Source: Mantamonas sphyraenae STR306 (taxonomy: Eukaryota > Protista > CRuMs). Taken from it: a DNA stretch of 64,000 nucleotides. Shown one piece after another: positions 27,034-38,789 of the stretch; position 1 is the first letter of the stretch, and every line of letters starts with the position of its first letter. The translations under genes were made by a program, and so were the position numbers. A model generated the notes under the pieces. That model did not search any database, was not told where the DNA came from, and worked only from the letters and a program-made list of their open reading frames with translations. The stretch lies in contig JAPMXV010000016.1 in NCBI GenBank assembly GCA_026936335.1, positions 248,001-312,000 of the forward strand. The letters run 5' to 3'.

Positions 27034-27479
27034 ATGTCAGCAAGTGCGCCACGCAAGCTTTCTGGTGTGCAGAAGCAGGTGTTGAGTCTGTACCGTGGGT
27101 TCATGCGGGCTGCGCGGAACAAGGAGGATCCGCAAGTGCGCTTGAGCATCGAGGGTGAGTGGCAGACGTGCAAGCTGTGCACGGCGGAGGAAGCGTGTGG
27201 AGAGGGCAGTTGGTGTGTGCAGGCACCGGGTGACAAAGATGGGTGTTTGGAGCAGAGGAAGGCGATAGGCGGAGCAAAGGGAGGCCAAGCGGCGACGGGG
27301 CATTTCTGACGCGAATGGAACGCCACGCAGAGCAAGTGCGCAACACGTTCAGGAGAGAACGCACATGTATATATACACGCTCGGACATCATGCGCATCGA
27401 GTACTTGATCCGCCGCGGACAAAAGCAGTTGGAGGTCGTGCGGCGAGATACGTTCAAGGGCCTGGCACGGATGGGATGA
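27034..27479 (+). CDS. SDHAF1: LYR-motif protein, succinate dehydrogenase assembly factor 1-like (exons 27034-27154, 27331-27479; 89 aa)
   Basis: KLSGVQKQVLSLYR..MRAAR.K and DIMRIEYLIRRGQKQLE; GTGAGT..CGCAG intron in phase 1. Confidence 0.85.
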
Positions 27480-27615
27480 GGACGAGAAACGATGAAAATG
27501 CACTTGTTTTTGCTGAAGAGACACGTGATAGGTTGCACTGGATGCTTGGTTTGGATCGATGATTTCGCGGCGGAGCCGTGCAGCGCGGTGTCGGTGCCGC
27601 GAGGTCGCTTGCAAC

Positions 27616-28782
27616 ATGATTGTCGCTGCGTTGAAGGCTGTGCTGGTGACAGCGATTCTGGCTGTCGTGTCTTTGGTGCTTGTGGTGGATACGGTGTCGT
27701 GGATGACGATGCACACTGATTTTTACGTGGGCTCAAATGTGGCGCGTGAGGAGCTTCCGTTCAAGCCGCTGAACTCAAACACGGCACTGGCCAAAGGGTT
27801 CACGTACGACGACACGCCGGAGCACGTGTGGGGTATTCCGTACGAAAATGTGACATTCTTCCGTGGCGAGATACCGCTTCGAGGGTGGCTGGTGAGCGCA
27901 AACGCGTTCAAGGAAGACGCGAACGGATACCGACCGAAACCGGGGGTAATCGGCGTGCACGGGGCAGCTGTGGACCGGCGTGAGTTTCTGCGTCATGTGC
28001 GCTGGCTGCACGAGGCAGGATACGAGGTGCTGATGTTTGACTGCTCGGAACACGGCAAGTCGGGCGGGACGGAAGCTGGCACGACATTGGGCATGCGGGA
28101 GCACCTTGACGTGCAGGCGGCGATCAAGTATGCCAAGTTTGAGCTGGAGTGGACGTCGGTGATTACATTTGGGGTGTCGCAAGGGGCGTCGAGCTCGCTG
28201 TTGGCGGCGGCGAACAACAGCGTTGTGGACGCAGTAATTGCCGAGGCGCCGTTCACAAGTCGGTCGATGGTGCTGCGGGAAGCATATCGCAATGTGGTGG
28301 GCGGTGACAACTCGCTGGTGTCAAGCGAAGACATGACGGTGAAGTTCCTGCGGCGAGTTGGACAATCGGTGCCGGACTGGCTGCTGGATGAAATGGCACA
28401 GCTGTCTCTGTGGCGCATGCATTGGTCAACGATGGGTCATCGTCACTGGTTGAGTGTGCTGCCCTCGCTTGCGTCTCGGTGGTTGCAACTGAAGATCACG
28501 CAAAAGGGAGGCTGGGGTGACGAGAAGTTGTTCCGATTGCCCGACGAGGTGATTGAGCATGTGCGCTGGCTGAAACCAAAGTTGCCTTTACTGGTGATTC
28601 ACTCGCGTACAGACGTGATTGTGGCACCGCAGCACACGGAGGAGCTGCAAAAGGTGAGGCCGGACAACACGCATGTGTGGTGGCTGCGAAACGGGTTTCA
28701 TGGAGGTGCCATCAATGTGGTGGGCGAGAAGCTGTTCTCAGACACAGTGCTTCTGTGGCTGCAAAAGAATCTGAAGCGGTGA
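27616..28782 (+). CDS. Alpha/beta-fold serine hydrolase with an N-terminal signal/anchor
   Basis: VIGVHG, GYEVLMFD..EHGKSGG, nucleophile elbow GVSQG, LLVIHSRTDVIV (Asp), GFHG (His). Confidence 0.88.
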   Translation: MIVAALKAVLVTAILAVVSLVLVVDTVSWMTMHTDFYVGSNVAREELPFKPLNSNTALAKGFTYDDTPEHVWGIPYENVTFFRGEIPLRGWLVSANAFKEDANGYRPKPGVIGVHGAAVDRREFLRHVRWLHEAGYEVLMFDCSEHGKSGGTEAGTTLGMREHLDVQAAIKYAKFELEWTSVITFGVSQGASSSLLAAANNSVVDAVIAEAPFTSRSMVLREAYRNVVGGDNSLVSSEDMTVKFLRRVGQSVPDWLLDEMAQLSLWRMHWSTMGHRHWLSVLPSLASRWLQLKITQKGGWGDEKLFRLPDEVIEHVRWLKPKLPLLVIHSRTDVIVAPQHTEELQKVRPDNTHVWWLRNGFHGGAINVVGEKLFSDTVLLWLQKNLKR

Positions 28783-28812
28783 GCGCGAAGGGCTGGACAA
28801 AGAAAAGCCGAG

Positions 28813-31781
28813 ATGTCGTTCCTCTCCTTCTTCACGCATCCAGACAACCGTGGCTCGGGCTCGATGAGCAACGAGGACAGCATGGACGACCGTGAAGGGG
28901 GCAATGCGCTGATCAATGTGTACAAGGATGGCTTAAGTGTGAACCCGGACACGGACGAGTTTCGGGAACACTGGCAAGCGTGCCTAGACACCATGGAGGA
29001 GCCGTACATGCCGTTGGGCAATGGTCTCATGCACCTGGACTATGACATTGTAGACTCCATCCTGCTGGAGGCACGAGACGAGTTTGCGTGCGTTGCGAGA
29101 GCGAGAAGTGCGGCCGTGACGTCGCAAAATGACGCCCCTTTTGTCTCTTGGGACGGCGGGCGGAAGCACTGGGCAGACACACATGTCGATGGGCGACTGA
29201 CACACAGCTTTGTCGATGCACACGGCATGAAATGGCATACGCACGGGTGCCATGCTCTCACAGGGACTCATTTGAAAGCGAATTTTCGGAGGACACAGTG
29301 CTGGTGGACCGAAAAGTGCCGCGGTTGCGGGTGGTCATTTTGATTGTGGGCACGCGAGGCGACGTGCAGCCGTACGTGGCGCTGGCGAAACGGATGCAAT
29401 CGGACCACGGGCATCACGTGCGCATTGCAGCGCACGAGTGCTTCCGTGACTTTGTGAGCGACAACGGGGTGGAGTTTTTCCCGCTGGCTGGGGATCCGAA
29501 AGATCTGATGCAGCTGTGCGTGGACAACGGCATGTTTACGGTGTCGTTCATCAAGGAAGGAGTGGAACGGTTTCGCGGGTTTGTGGCAGACCTGCTGCAG
29601 ACGTGCTGGGATGCGTGCACGGTGCCGTCGATAGACCCACGCGTGAGCAAAGGCAAGGGCCGGGACGAGGTGACGGCGCACGACTTGTGGTACCGGCCGG
29701 ACGCGATCATCTCGAACCCGCCTGCGATGGGACACATCCACGTGGCCGAGAAACTGTGTGTGCCCTTGCACATGTCGTTCACCATGCCGTGGAGCCCGAC
29801 CAAGGCTGTGCCAAGTCCCATGTTTGCCCTGGGCGACCCTGGACGCGAGAGCCTCACCAACTACTCGTCGTACCTTGCGCTGGAGGCCATGATGTGGCAG
29901 GGAATCCAGGATTTGGTGAACGACTGGCGTTACGACGTGCTGGGCCTGCCGAGGCTGAAACTGGCCAATGGTGGGCGAACGCTGATCCACCAGAAGCGCG
30001 TGCCGCACATGTACTGTTTCAGCACAGAATTGCTGCCGAAACCCAAGGATTGGGGCTCGCACATCGACGTGTGCGGCTTCTGGTTCCTGGATGCGGCGGC
30101 GGACTACGAGCCGCCCGAAGACCTGATGGCCTTTTTGGAGGCCGGAGAGGCGCCGATCTACGTTGGCTTTGGCTCCGTGACAGTGCCCAACCCGGACAAA
30201 ATCACACAAATCATCTTTGAGGCCCTGGAACGGTCGGGCCGACGAGGGATTGTGTCGCAGGGATGGGCAGGGATGGGCAACGAGGAAGCACCAGACAACG
30301 TGTACCTGATTGGCAACTGTCCGCACGACTGGCTGTTTCAACACTGTTCGGCCGTGTGCCACCATGGAGGGGCAGGGACGACGGCAGCGGGCCTGCGTGC
30401 AGGCGTGCCCACAGTGGTCGTGCCCTGGTTTGGCGATCAGTTTTTCTGGGGCTCGCAGATCCAGGAACGAGGGATTGGAGCGTGCATCCCGGGCGAAGAA
30501 CTCAGTGCAGACAAACTGACCGAGGCGTTTGTGCTGACGGCAGATGCAGACGTGAGGAGCAGGGCGTTGAGCGCGGGAGACGGGATTCGCAACGAGGACG
30601 GCGTGGCGCGGGGCATCGAGAGCTTCCACAGGCAGTTGCCTCTGGAGAACATGCTTTGTGACATTGACAGCGAACGGTTGGCCACGGTATACTGTGCACA
30701 GTGCAAGTTGAAGATGAATCCGCAGTCCGATTTGATTGTGCACCAGCACTTTGTCGGTTTCAAGCACCACCAGCGCTACCAGTACAAACACGCAGACTGG
30801 TCTGTGACCATTGGCAACGACGCAAGCGGAGATGCAGCGAGTGGCCTGGTGGATGGTCTGGTGGTGGTTGGACAGGACCACGTGCAGGGCGTGGCAGGGT
30901 TGTTTACAAAGCCGTGGAAGGGGGGACAGCAGGAAGGGTTCAAGGGGCCCTCAAGGGATTGGGCGAAGGTGTGGTGGGGTTTGTATCTGCACCGGGAGAA
31001 GGCGTAGAAGATCTGTTCAAGACTTGGGGCAGCGGGTTTTCGCAACACCACGGCGACTCTGTTTGACAACGACGAGGACAACGACGTGCAAACAGGCGGT
31101 CGAGGTTCATCGTCCTCATCATCGTCATCTTCGTCTTCGTCTTCCTCGTCGGGTGGATCGGGTGGATCTACAGGAATTGCATTCTCCGGGGTGTCGGACA
31201 AGGCTACGGTTGTGCCTGCGCGCAAAGAGGACATGCGGGCGTTGAAGTCCAAGTTTGGCGACGAGTTTACAGAGGGTTTGGCGGGACTAGGCAAAGGGGT
31301 GTACGAGGGGCTGACGGGGCTGGTAATCCACCCGTACGAAGGACTGCGTGCAAACGGGATCAAGGGACTGGGCGTTGGCCTGGGCAAAGCGGTGGTGGAC
31401 CTGCCGTCCAAGCCTGTGGCAGGGTTGCTGCAGTTTGCAGGCGGCGTGATGGGCGAGTTTAACAAGGTGCCATCGCATCTGATGGCGCTGTACGACGAGC
31501 AGCCGGAGTTGGTGGAAGACATGATCTCTGCCGGGGTGGACGGGATCTCGTTGTACACAGGACTTGATGTGGGAGGCAACCACGACGAGGAGCAGGACAA
31601 GTATGTGCGGATGACATTGCGCCGCTTTGCTCGTATTGTTCACCAGCGCAACGGGACGGTACAGCGCACGCTGGAAAGCCTGTCCACGCTTACGGTGACG
31701 GAGAAGGACGAAAAGATGGCAGATGAGGACGAGCTGACGCTGACGGGAAGCGAAATCTTTGAGAGCAAGGGCAAGGAGTGA
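28813..31781 (+). CDS. Sterol 3-beta-glucosyltransferase (GT1/GT28 fold, UGT80/UGT51-like) with a C-terminal Gly-rich amphipathic region; intron 29088-29263; compensated frameshift ~30945/~31025
   Basis: IVGTRGDVQPY, FTMPWSPT, PKPKDWG, IYVGFGS, PHDWLF, HHGGAGTTAAGL..GVPTVVVPWFGDQFFWG; tail GLTGLVIHPYEG..GLGVGLGKAVV. Confidence 0.9.
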
Positions 31782-31802
31782 AGCGGTGCGCCAAGAGAAG
31801 CA

Positions 31803-33338
31803 ATGAAAACGGGATCGATTTCGGTGCGAACACGGTCGACGCGGCGGCGGAGGCGCAAATGGCTGGTGGTAGAGGAGGAGGAGGAGGAAGAAGAGAAGGA
31901 ATTGGCGTTTGTGATGCATGCAGATGGAGAGGGGGAGGATGCATACGTGGGCTGCTCATCGTCGAGAAGCGTGCAGGTAAAGAGGGAGGAGGCGAGTTTG
32001 CTCGAATTGGTGTCCCGGAATCCTGACACGGCGCGGGGTGGAATCAGGCGGATGGGGAAGTGCACCAAGCACTGATGGAGCTGCGCAGAGAGGTGGATGA
32101 AGAGTTGATGTGCTGGGATGCAGAGGACGCGGACCGGAAACTGGTGTCGTGGAGCAGGAAGGAAGAGTCGGATGAGAGTGGAGAGCAGGAGGTGGTTTAC
32201 TTGGAGGTGGAGGAGGTGCCGAGTGAAGAGGCGGCACGTAGGCTGGAGCGGGCGTGCGAAGATCTGGCAGAAGTGTGTGTGGCTGAGGGAAGGCAGGTGA
32301 GTGTGGCGATCGCAGAGACGACGGTGGTGTTCCACGAGCAGCATCGACGGTACATGGAGGCTGTGGAAGACGGAGAAGGACATTTGCTGCGGCGTGGGAA
32401 GCGTGTGCGGTCGATGCTGTGCGTGGCGGAGCGGTTGCTGGAATGTGTGGAGAAGAACATGGTGACGAGCCTGCGAGACGTGTACTATCAAGACCCAAAA
32501 GTGCACGGGAGCTATCAGTACTGTGCCTCGCGTGTGGATGACGTGGCGCGGTTGACACGTACGAGCCCGTTGAGTTTGCATGTGATCAGCAGCGGCAAGG
32601 GAATGGTGGCCGGGCCGATCTCGTACGTCAACGAGTGTGGCCAAAGGGTGGACTGCACCGAGCACGGAGTGGAGGGATTGGCCATCCCGGGGATCCTAGA
32701 CAACATCAGCAGGGTGGAGTGCAGTGCGGACGCGGTGTTGGTGGTGGAAAAGCATGCAGTGTTCTTGCAGCGTAAGTTTGTCTGTACGGATGACGGGAAT
32801 GGGTGTGAATGGACCATGCTGACACGCATGGGCGCATACAGTCTTGCAAGAGCATGCGTGTACGCTGTTCAACGTGGTACTGGTGACGGGCAGGGGATAT
32901 GCAGACATGTGCACGCGGAGGTTTGTGCACTTTCTGCACAACGATGTGCAGCTGCCTGTGCTTGCATTGGTGGACGGCGATCCGCACGGCGTGGACATCC
33001 TTCTGACGTATGCGTTTGGATCGCAGCGCAAAGCATACGACGCACAACACCTGGCAGTGCCAAGTATGCGGTGGATCGGAGTGACTGCGCGTGATGTGGA
33101 CGAGTACGGGTTGCGGGACAGGGTCAAGATGGAGCTGACGAGTCAGGATGTGCGCAAGGCTCAAACGCTACTGGAACGAGAAGGCTGGACGTGGATGAGG
33201 CCTACTTGGGCGCAGGAGCTGCGTCTGATGGTGGAGAACGACTGCAAGGTGGAGATCGAAGCGTTGGATTCGGTGGATCGTGGCTTTCTGGTCCACCAGT
33301 ACCTGTGGAGCAAGTTGCGAGACTGTTTGTGGCTATGA
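31803..33338 (+). CDS. SPO11: Meiotic recombination protein SPO11 / topoisomerase VI subunit A family (introns 31977-32047, 32772-32841)
   Basis: Catalytic-Tyr motif SLRDVYY, LHVISSGKGMVAG, TOPRIM VLVVEKHAVF, VTGRGYAD..TR, ALVDGDPHG, C-terminal KVEIEAL; exon 1 start less certain. Confidence 0.93.
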
Positions 33339-33346
33339 TTGATTGA

Positions 33347-34865
33347 TTAAAGCGTGTGGTTGTCCATCAGCGAGGCGTCGATGAGTTTGCTGCCGACGTC
33401 TTCGCGGCCGACGTGGCGAAGCCTCTTCTCGCAGTCGCGCATGAGCTTTGCCTGCAGCTCGACATCGTCCAAATCCATGCGTGTGTCTGTGTACTCGACA
33501 CGTGGCACCTTTTTGCGGTTGATATGCCTTTGCCTTTCCTTTGCGTCACCGCGATCACGCTGGGCCTGCTTGCGGACGGCCCAAGGTTCGCCCAGACGCA
33601 GACTGGTCTCAAAGTTGCTCTCGCGCACACGACGCCTGCGGCGCAGTTCCATTTGGCGCTTTTCTTGCAGCTCATCCCAATGCTGCTTCTCCTCCTTGAG
33701 CTTGCGCTCCATGACGCGCTTTTCGTAGGCAGCGTGTAGGCGCTCGCGTCTGCGGGTGGTACGCTGCTCGACGTGGGAGGAAACTGCCATGTCAAAGGCA
33801 TGTGTCTTGTTGCCCAGGGGCTGAGAGGGCTTGCCGGCGCCGCGAAAGTCGTGCTCGTGCTTGGCACGGCGAAGGCGTGGTGTGCGTTCGTTGAAAAACA
33901 CGGGGTCGAGGAGGGAGAAGCGCATGACCTGGGCCTCGTCACGCGCAGGGGCTTTCTTCTTGGAGGTGCGCACGGGCTTGAGAGAGCGCACGTCGACAGA
34001 AGCAGTGTGGGAGACGAGAGAGGAGGAGGGCATTGTTGTGCGGTTGGGCACCTTTTGGGTCCATGGCTGGCGGACGACACCGTTGGCTGTGCGCGAGACA
34101 CGTGTGCTATGAGGTTGGTCTTGTGATGAGTGACCACGGGTGCCACTGCTTGTGGCGGCGCGTCCGGCGGCGCCTGGTTTCTTGGCGGCAGGGGAGACGA
34201 GGCGAACCTTGTCGCGGGAGGAATTGTACAATTTGGAGGTGCGGGGGCGGCGCAAGATGTCGTAGTAGTCGAGAGAGCTGGGCACGCGGACTTGCACGTG
34301 ATCGCCTGGCTTGCGGGAGGTTTGCGAGCCGCTGCGTGTGCTCCAGCTGCTTTGCTGGGACATTCTGCTTGCGCCTCGCGCTTGCATGGTGCGCATGGTG
34401 GCCCGTTCGCCCGTGAGTTGACCGTCTTCCCAGTCTCTGTCTGCCTCGTCGGCGAGGTCTTTCATGCGCATGCCGTGTTGATGCTCAAAGTCGTCGAGTT
34501 CTGCGGAGGAAGCCGTTTGTCCGCGGGATGTGTTAGGTTGGTTCGCATGCATGCCGTGTGTGCTGCGCGAGAGACAATGCTGTGTGTGTGTGTGTATTCG
34601 CGTTGTGACAAGCACGGGGATACTGGGCATGTGTGTGCGGCGTAGGCAACGCGTTTGAGAACGGGGGTCCCAACGTACCTTTCATGACGGTGCGAGCTTC
34701 TTGCTGTTGTTCGCTCTGCAGACGTGCACGCACCGCTTCCTTGATGGCGCGCTCCTCCTCGCGGTGGAGCCAGTCTCCAGGACGCCAGGTGATGGACCGC
34801 GAGAGTTCGTGGCCTGTGTGTGGTGAGGGGGAGAAGGCGGTTGCAGGGTTAGGGCTGTAGTCCAC
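33347..34865 (-). CDS. Uncharacterised Arg/Ser-rich coiled-coil protein (exons 34865-34679, 34500-33347)
   Basis: Two ORFs joined in frame by a GTACGT..CCGCAG intron containing CTAAC; charged helical C-terminus. Confidence 0.6.
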
Positions 34866-35015
34866 TCCCGTTTAGGCTGGGCATGGGGCGGCAGCACCTA
34901 TATACATGTGCACACGAGTGTTCAAGTGAGACAGAGGGCACACGTACGAATTTTGTCGTCCAGGCGACTCATGTGGCCGTGCTGGATGGAGTTGCGCAGG
35001 CTGGCGCAAGCGTAG

Positions 35016-37992
35016 ATGAAGGGCCTGTACAACTTGGCACTGTCTGCAGTGGTGGACTCGCTGTGCGAGTGGAAGCCGCTGCAGGAGTGCAACGAAAGCG
35101 ATGGAGAAGAGGCAGGCATGGTGCTGCTTCCGCATGAAATCGTGCAAGACCTGTTCCGTGCGTTGATGTTGACGAGCAACCTGACGCAGTTTACGCTGCA
35201 GAACTTGTTTTTCGCCACACAAGGGTGGCAGGCGCTTAGCCTGGCGTGTGTTTCTCCCATGGTCAACGATGATTGGTTGGACATGCTGGCAAAGGTGACC
35301 ACGCGTGTGTGGTGTGTGCAGAACGGCCGCCTGGTGCTGCCTCTTGCCAATGACGAACAGCGACAGCTGGTGGGCCAGCTGGCGTTGCCCAATGCCTTTA
35401 TTTACGACGGCGCTACCAATGCGCTTGTTTCTTTGGACTTGTCGCGCTGCGCATCGATCACAGCGTCGGGCGCCCGCTTTCTCGGAGGTGAGTGTTTGCG
35501 TGGGATTTCCCAGCGGGTTTGACTTGCACGGTTTGCTGGCCCTCTCAGCGCCTGGGACATGGTTTCGACACGGTGGCATCCGTCACACGATGACCAATGG
35601 ATGTTCCAAGGCCAGCATCAGGTCCCGGTGTTGCGTGCAGTGCCTGTGTGGCAGTGTCCGTGAAGGGAGGAATGTGTGCTTCGTTGTGAGCGGCGAATTC
35701 GCGCATCCCCGAATTCCTCTCTGGGCTTCACCGGAGGTGGTGAAGGTCCGGCGAACAGCGCGGTGGGCTTTGTGCAAAAAGCGCCCTGACACAGTTGCAC
35801 CCGCAGAGATGTCGAGTTTGTGTGAGCTGAATTTGACGGACTGTATCAACATCAGCGACAAGGCGGTGAGCGCACTGAGCTCTCTGACGTGCCTGGACAC
35901 ACTGAGTTTGTCAGGGACGGGGATTACAAACGCATGCATGGGCGAGCTGGCGCGTATGGACTCGCTGACTGATCTGGACGTGTCAAACAATTACAGGCTG
36001 AGCGACCGCGGGCTGGAACAGCTTGTGCAGCTGGACGGACTGCTTTCGTTGAACATGAACAGCACACGGATCACAGACGCAGGTTTGGTGCAGTTTACGC
36101 AACTGACGCAGCTCAAGTCGCTGCACGTGTCATGCACACGGGTGACGAGTTTGTCGATGCAGCCGCTGCTGGCCGCCTTGACGAATCTGGGAGCCATCTC
36201 GTTGTTTGAAACCAAGGTGAGCGACGTGTTTATGTCCGAGTTGAAGGATGCGCACCAAGACGATGCGTTTCTGATTGTGGGCTACGGAGGCGTGTCGGAA
36301 CTGCTGCGCTCTTTGCAGACGAAAGAAGACATCCCGCGATTCAAGGAAAAGGTGATCCGTACACTGTGCAACCTGGTTCGCAGCCAAGACTTTGACGTGG
36401 ACTACCACGCGCTGATCATGGAACAAAATGGCATCCAGCACATCATGGACGCATTGCAGGACTACCCGTCGGAGGCAGCTCTGGTGGCGAGTGCTGCAGA
36501 CACGCTGCGCTCACTGGCACAATCGCCAGAGGCGTTGCGTGTGATTTCGGAGCTGCAGGGCGTGCGTGCATTGCTGCACGCATCCATCCACTTTCCTGAC
36601 GACTTGCGCCTGTTGCGAAAGGTCATGCATGCCATCTACCGCTTCCTCAACTCGGCCGACAGCCGCAACGAGTTTATGGAAGCCAATGGCATGTCGTTGG
36701 TACTGCGGCAATTGCGCAGGCATCCTGAGGACCGGAAGTTTGTGGAGCTGTCATTGGGAGTATTGCTGTGGATGAGCAAGCACGTGTACAGCGGGTACAG
36801 CAAGAGCGAACTGTTGTGTGGAGGTGGCCGTGCCCATCTGTACGCCGTCCCGCATCAGGTGTCGTTGGCTGTGCAGCAGCGGCTTCTGCCCGAGGTGCTT
36901 GCGCATCTGCGCACACACAATGACCCGAAAATCAGCCGGTTTGCAATCGACGTCATTGCATGGCTGACAATGCATCCAGCGAACGCAGCCTTGGTTGTGG
37001 ACACGGGAGGGGTGGTGGAGCTGATGCAGTCGCTGCAGCGTGCTCAGGGCCAGCTTGCCCTCTTGCGCGATGTTCTGCTGGGTCTGTTCAACATGGCCCG
37101 CGCAGACAAAGTGCGTGCGCAGATTGCAGAGCAGGGCGGTGTGTCCCTGTGTATGTCGGCTTTGCAAAGCCGAGCGCCCACCGTGTGCACAGCTGCGTTG
37201 GCGCTGCTGCGACGGCTGATGCTCAACGTGCACGTGCGAACGCAAGCCAGGCAGGATGCATTGCAGTTGTTGCAGTTCATGCTCAAGGTGGCTTTGCAGA
37301 TGCCTGCGCTTGCAACGAGTGCAGGAAGGGTGATCTTCAACCTGGCGCTGAGTCGCGAATCGACGGTGCTGGGGGCGTTGGGACGCGTGCACGATGGCAT
37401 GCTGAGCGTTCCTGTGGAGCAGAGCATGCAAAAGGTGGACAGCCTGGACGGTTCCACGAGCGGAAGTGAAGAAAGGGGCACCGAGGGCGCCATGGTGACA
37501 GAGAACGACGACGGAGATGACTCGACGGACAGCACGCTGCTATGGCAAGTAGACCCGTCGCACATGCGCAGTCTGATGACACAGGACAGGCAAGCGCTGT
37601 CTGCAGGCATGGAGCAGCACTTTGAAGCGGTGTTTGAAAAGCATGCGAAAGGGACCACCAAAGGTGGCGATGGCCTCGTCTACGCCGAGTACTGCCGCGC
37701 AGCAGCTGAGTTGGACATGGATATTCCGGAGCGCAGTGATTTTGAGGCGCTACTGGACGAGCGTGCACGCAGGGCGAATGTGCAGCACATGGACGCCAAC
37801 ACGTTCCTGTGGATCTGTAAACTGTGGGTGCTGTGCAATCCCGTGTGCGTGTGGCGCCATCTCAACGAACAGGGATGGGACCCGAGCGAGCAGGAACCGT
37901 TGCTGCAGACATGGACGGCGGACGATCTGCTGGACGATGACAGCGAGGCCGTGGACCACCACGGCTATATAGCATCCTTGAAGACCAGCTGA
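35016..37992 (+). CDS. Leucine-rich-repeat + armadillo-repeat protein with a C-terminal EF-hand-like region (intron 35488-35806; other introns possible)
   Basis: LRRs (LVSLDLSRCASIT, LCELNLTDCINISD, LDTLSLSGTGITN, LTDLDVSNN.RLSD), ARM-like repeats (QNGIQHIMDAL, GGVVELMQSL), tail ..TFLWIC..VWRHLNEQGWD. Confidence 0.8.
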
Positions 37993-38006
37993 GCATCACA
38001 GCGTCC

Positions 38007-38169
38007 ATGAACGACTCGGTGGACGTTGGCGTGCTGGAACCCCACGTCCCGGTACGGGGTTATTCGCTCAACCGGCTTCGCGAGAGCCAACTGCAGGAGG
38101 AGGAGGAGGGCACGCTGCTGTTTACGGATGACGACGACGAGCCTGTGTTTCGAGGGGCCTCCATGGCAA

Positions 38170-38213
<44 letters not shown>

Positions 38214-38714
38214 TCGCTGTCGTCGTCGAGGGATGGGTCGGCGTCGTCGTCGTCGGGTGGTGGGTTGTCCCGATCGCTTCTGACGACTGAATCGATGTCT
38301 GTGGACGATGGAAGCATGCACAAAGACGGCTTTGTGATCCACAATGACCTCGCGGGCGGTTCTGGCGTATCGTCGCTGGCACAGCACAGGTCACTTGCGC
38401 GGGAAACGCACTTTCTGCAAACGGCCACAGAGCCGTTGATGGGCGCTGGTGGAAGCATGAATCACGCGCAAAACAATGGGACAGGGAAACGATCTCTGCG
38501 CAACACATTATCCACCTCGCAGGCAGGCTTGCCTCGGCGTGAGCGGTCGTTGTCGCGCGAGCGTCCTCTCGCGCGCGACACAACCGCGTTGCACATGGCA
38601 CACGCCGACTCGGGGGAAGATGATGAACAAGACGATGGACAAGACAACAACGATGATTCGGATGATGACTCGGATGAGGACGGGGGTGGGTTTTTGCTGC
38701 GACGAAGGACATGA
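38007..38714 (+). CDS. Uncharacterised low-complexity protein (poly-Ser, acidic tail)
   Basis: 235-codon ORF filling the gap before DLAT, with coding-like codon usage; no recognised domain. Confidence 0.5.
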
Positions 38715-38789
38715 AGAGATGGTTGATGTGTTGGAAAAGCCGTTTGTTTCGTGATTGGATCTGTGATTGGTGATTGGGTGATGCGCTGC

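Noticed and set aside
30940-31030. Apparent stop at 31007 and a separate downstream ORF 31086-31781
   Set aside because: A -1/+1 indel pair near G-runs; correcting it gives one continuous, motif-consistent C-terminus.
28780-31803. UGA reassignment / alternative genetic code
   Set aside because: TGA ends conserved proteins at their expected C-termini (SPO11, SDHAF1), TAA and TAG are also used, and no conserved domain contains an in-frame stop.
38165-38215. (TCGTCA)n and (CTG)n/(CAG)n microsatellites here and at ~2910, 3660, 12660 and 42170
   Set aside because: They encode ordinary poly-Ser/Asn/Gln low-complexity tracts.
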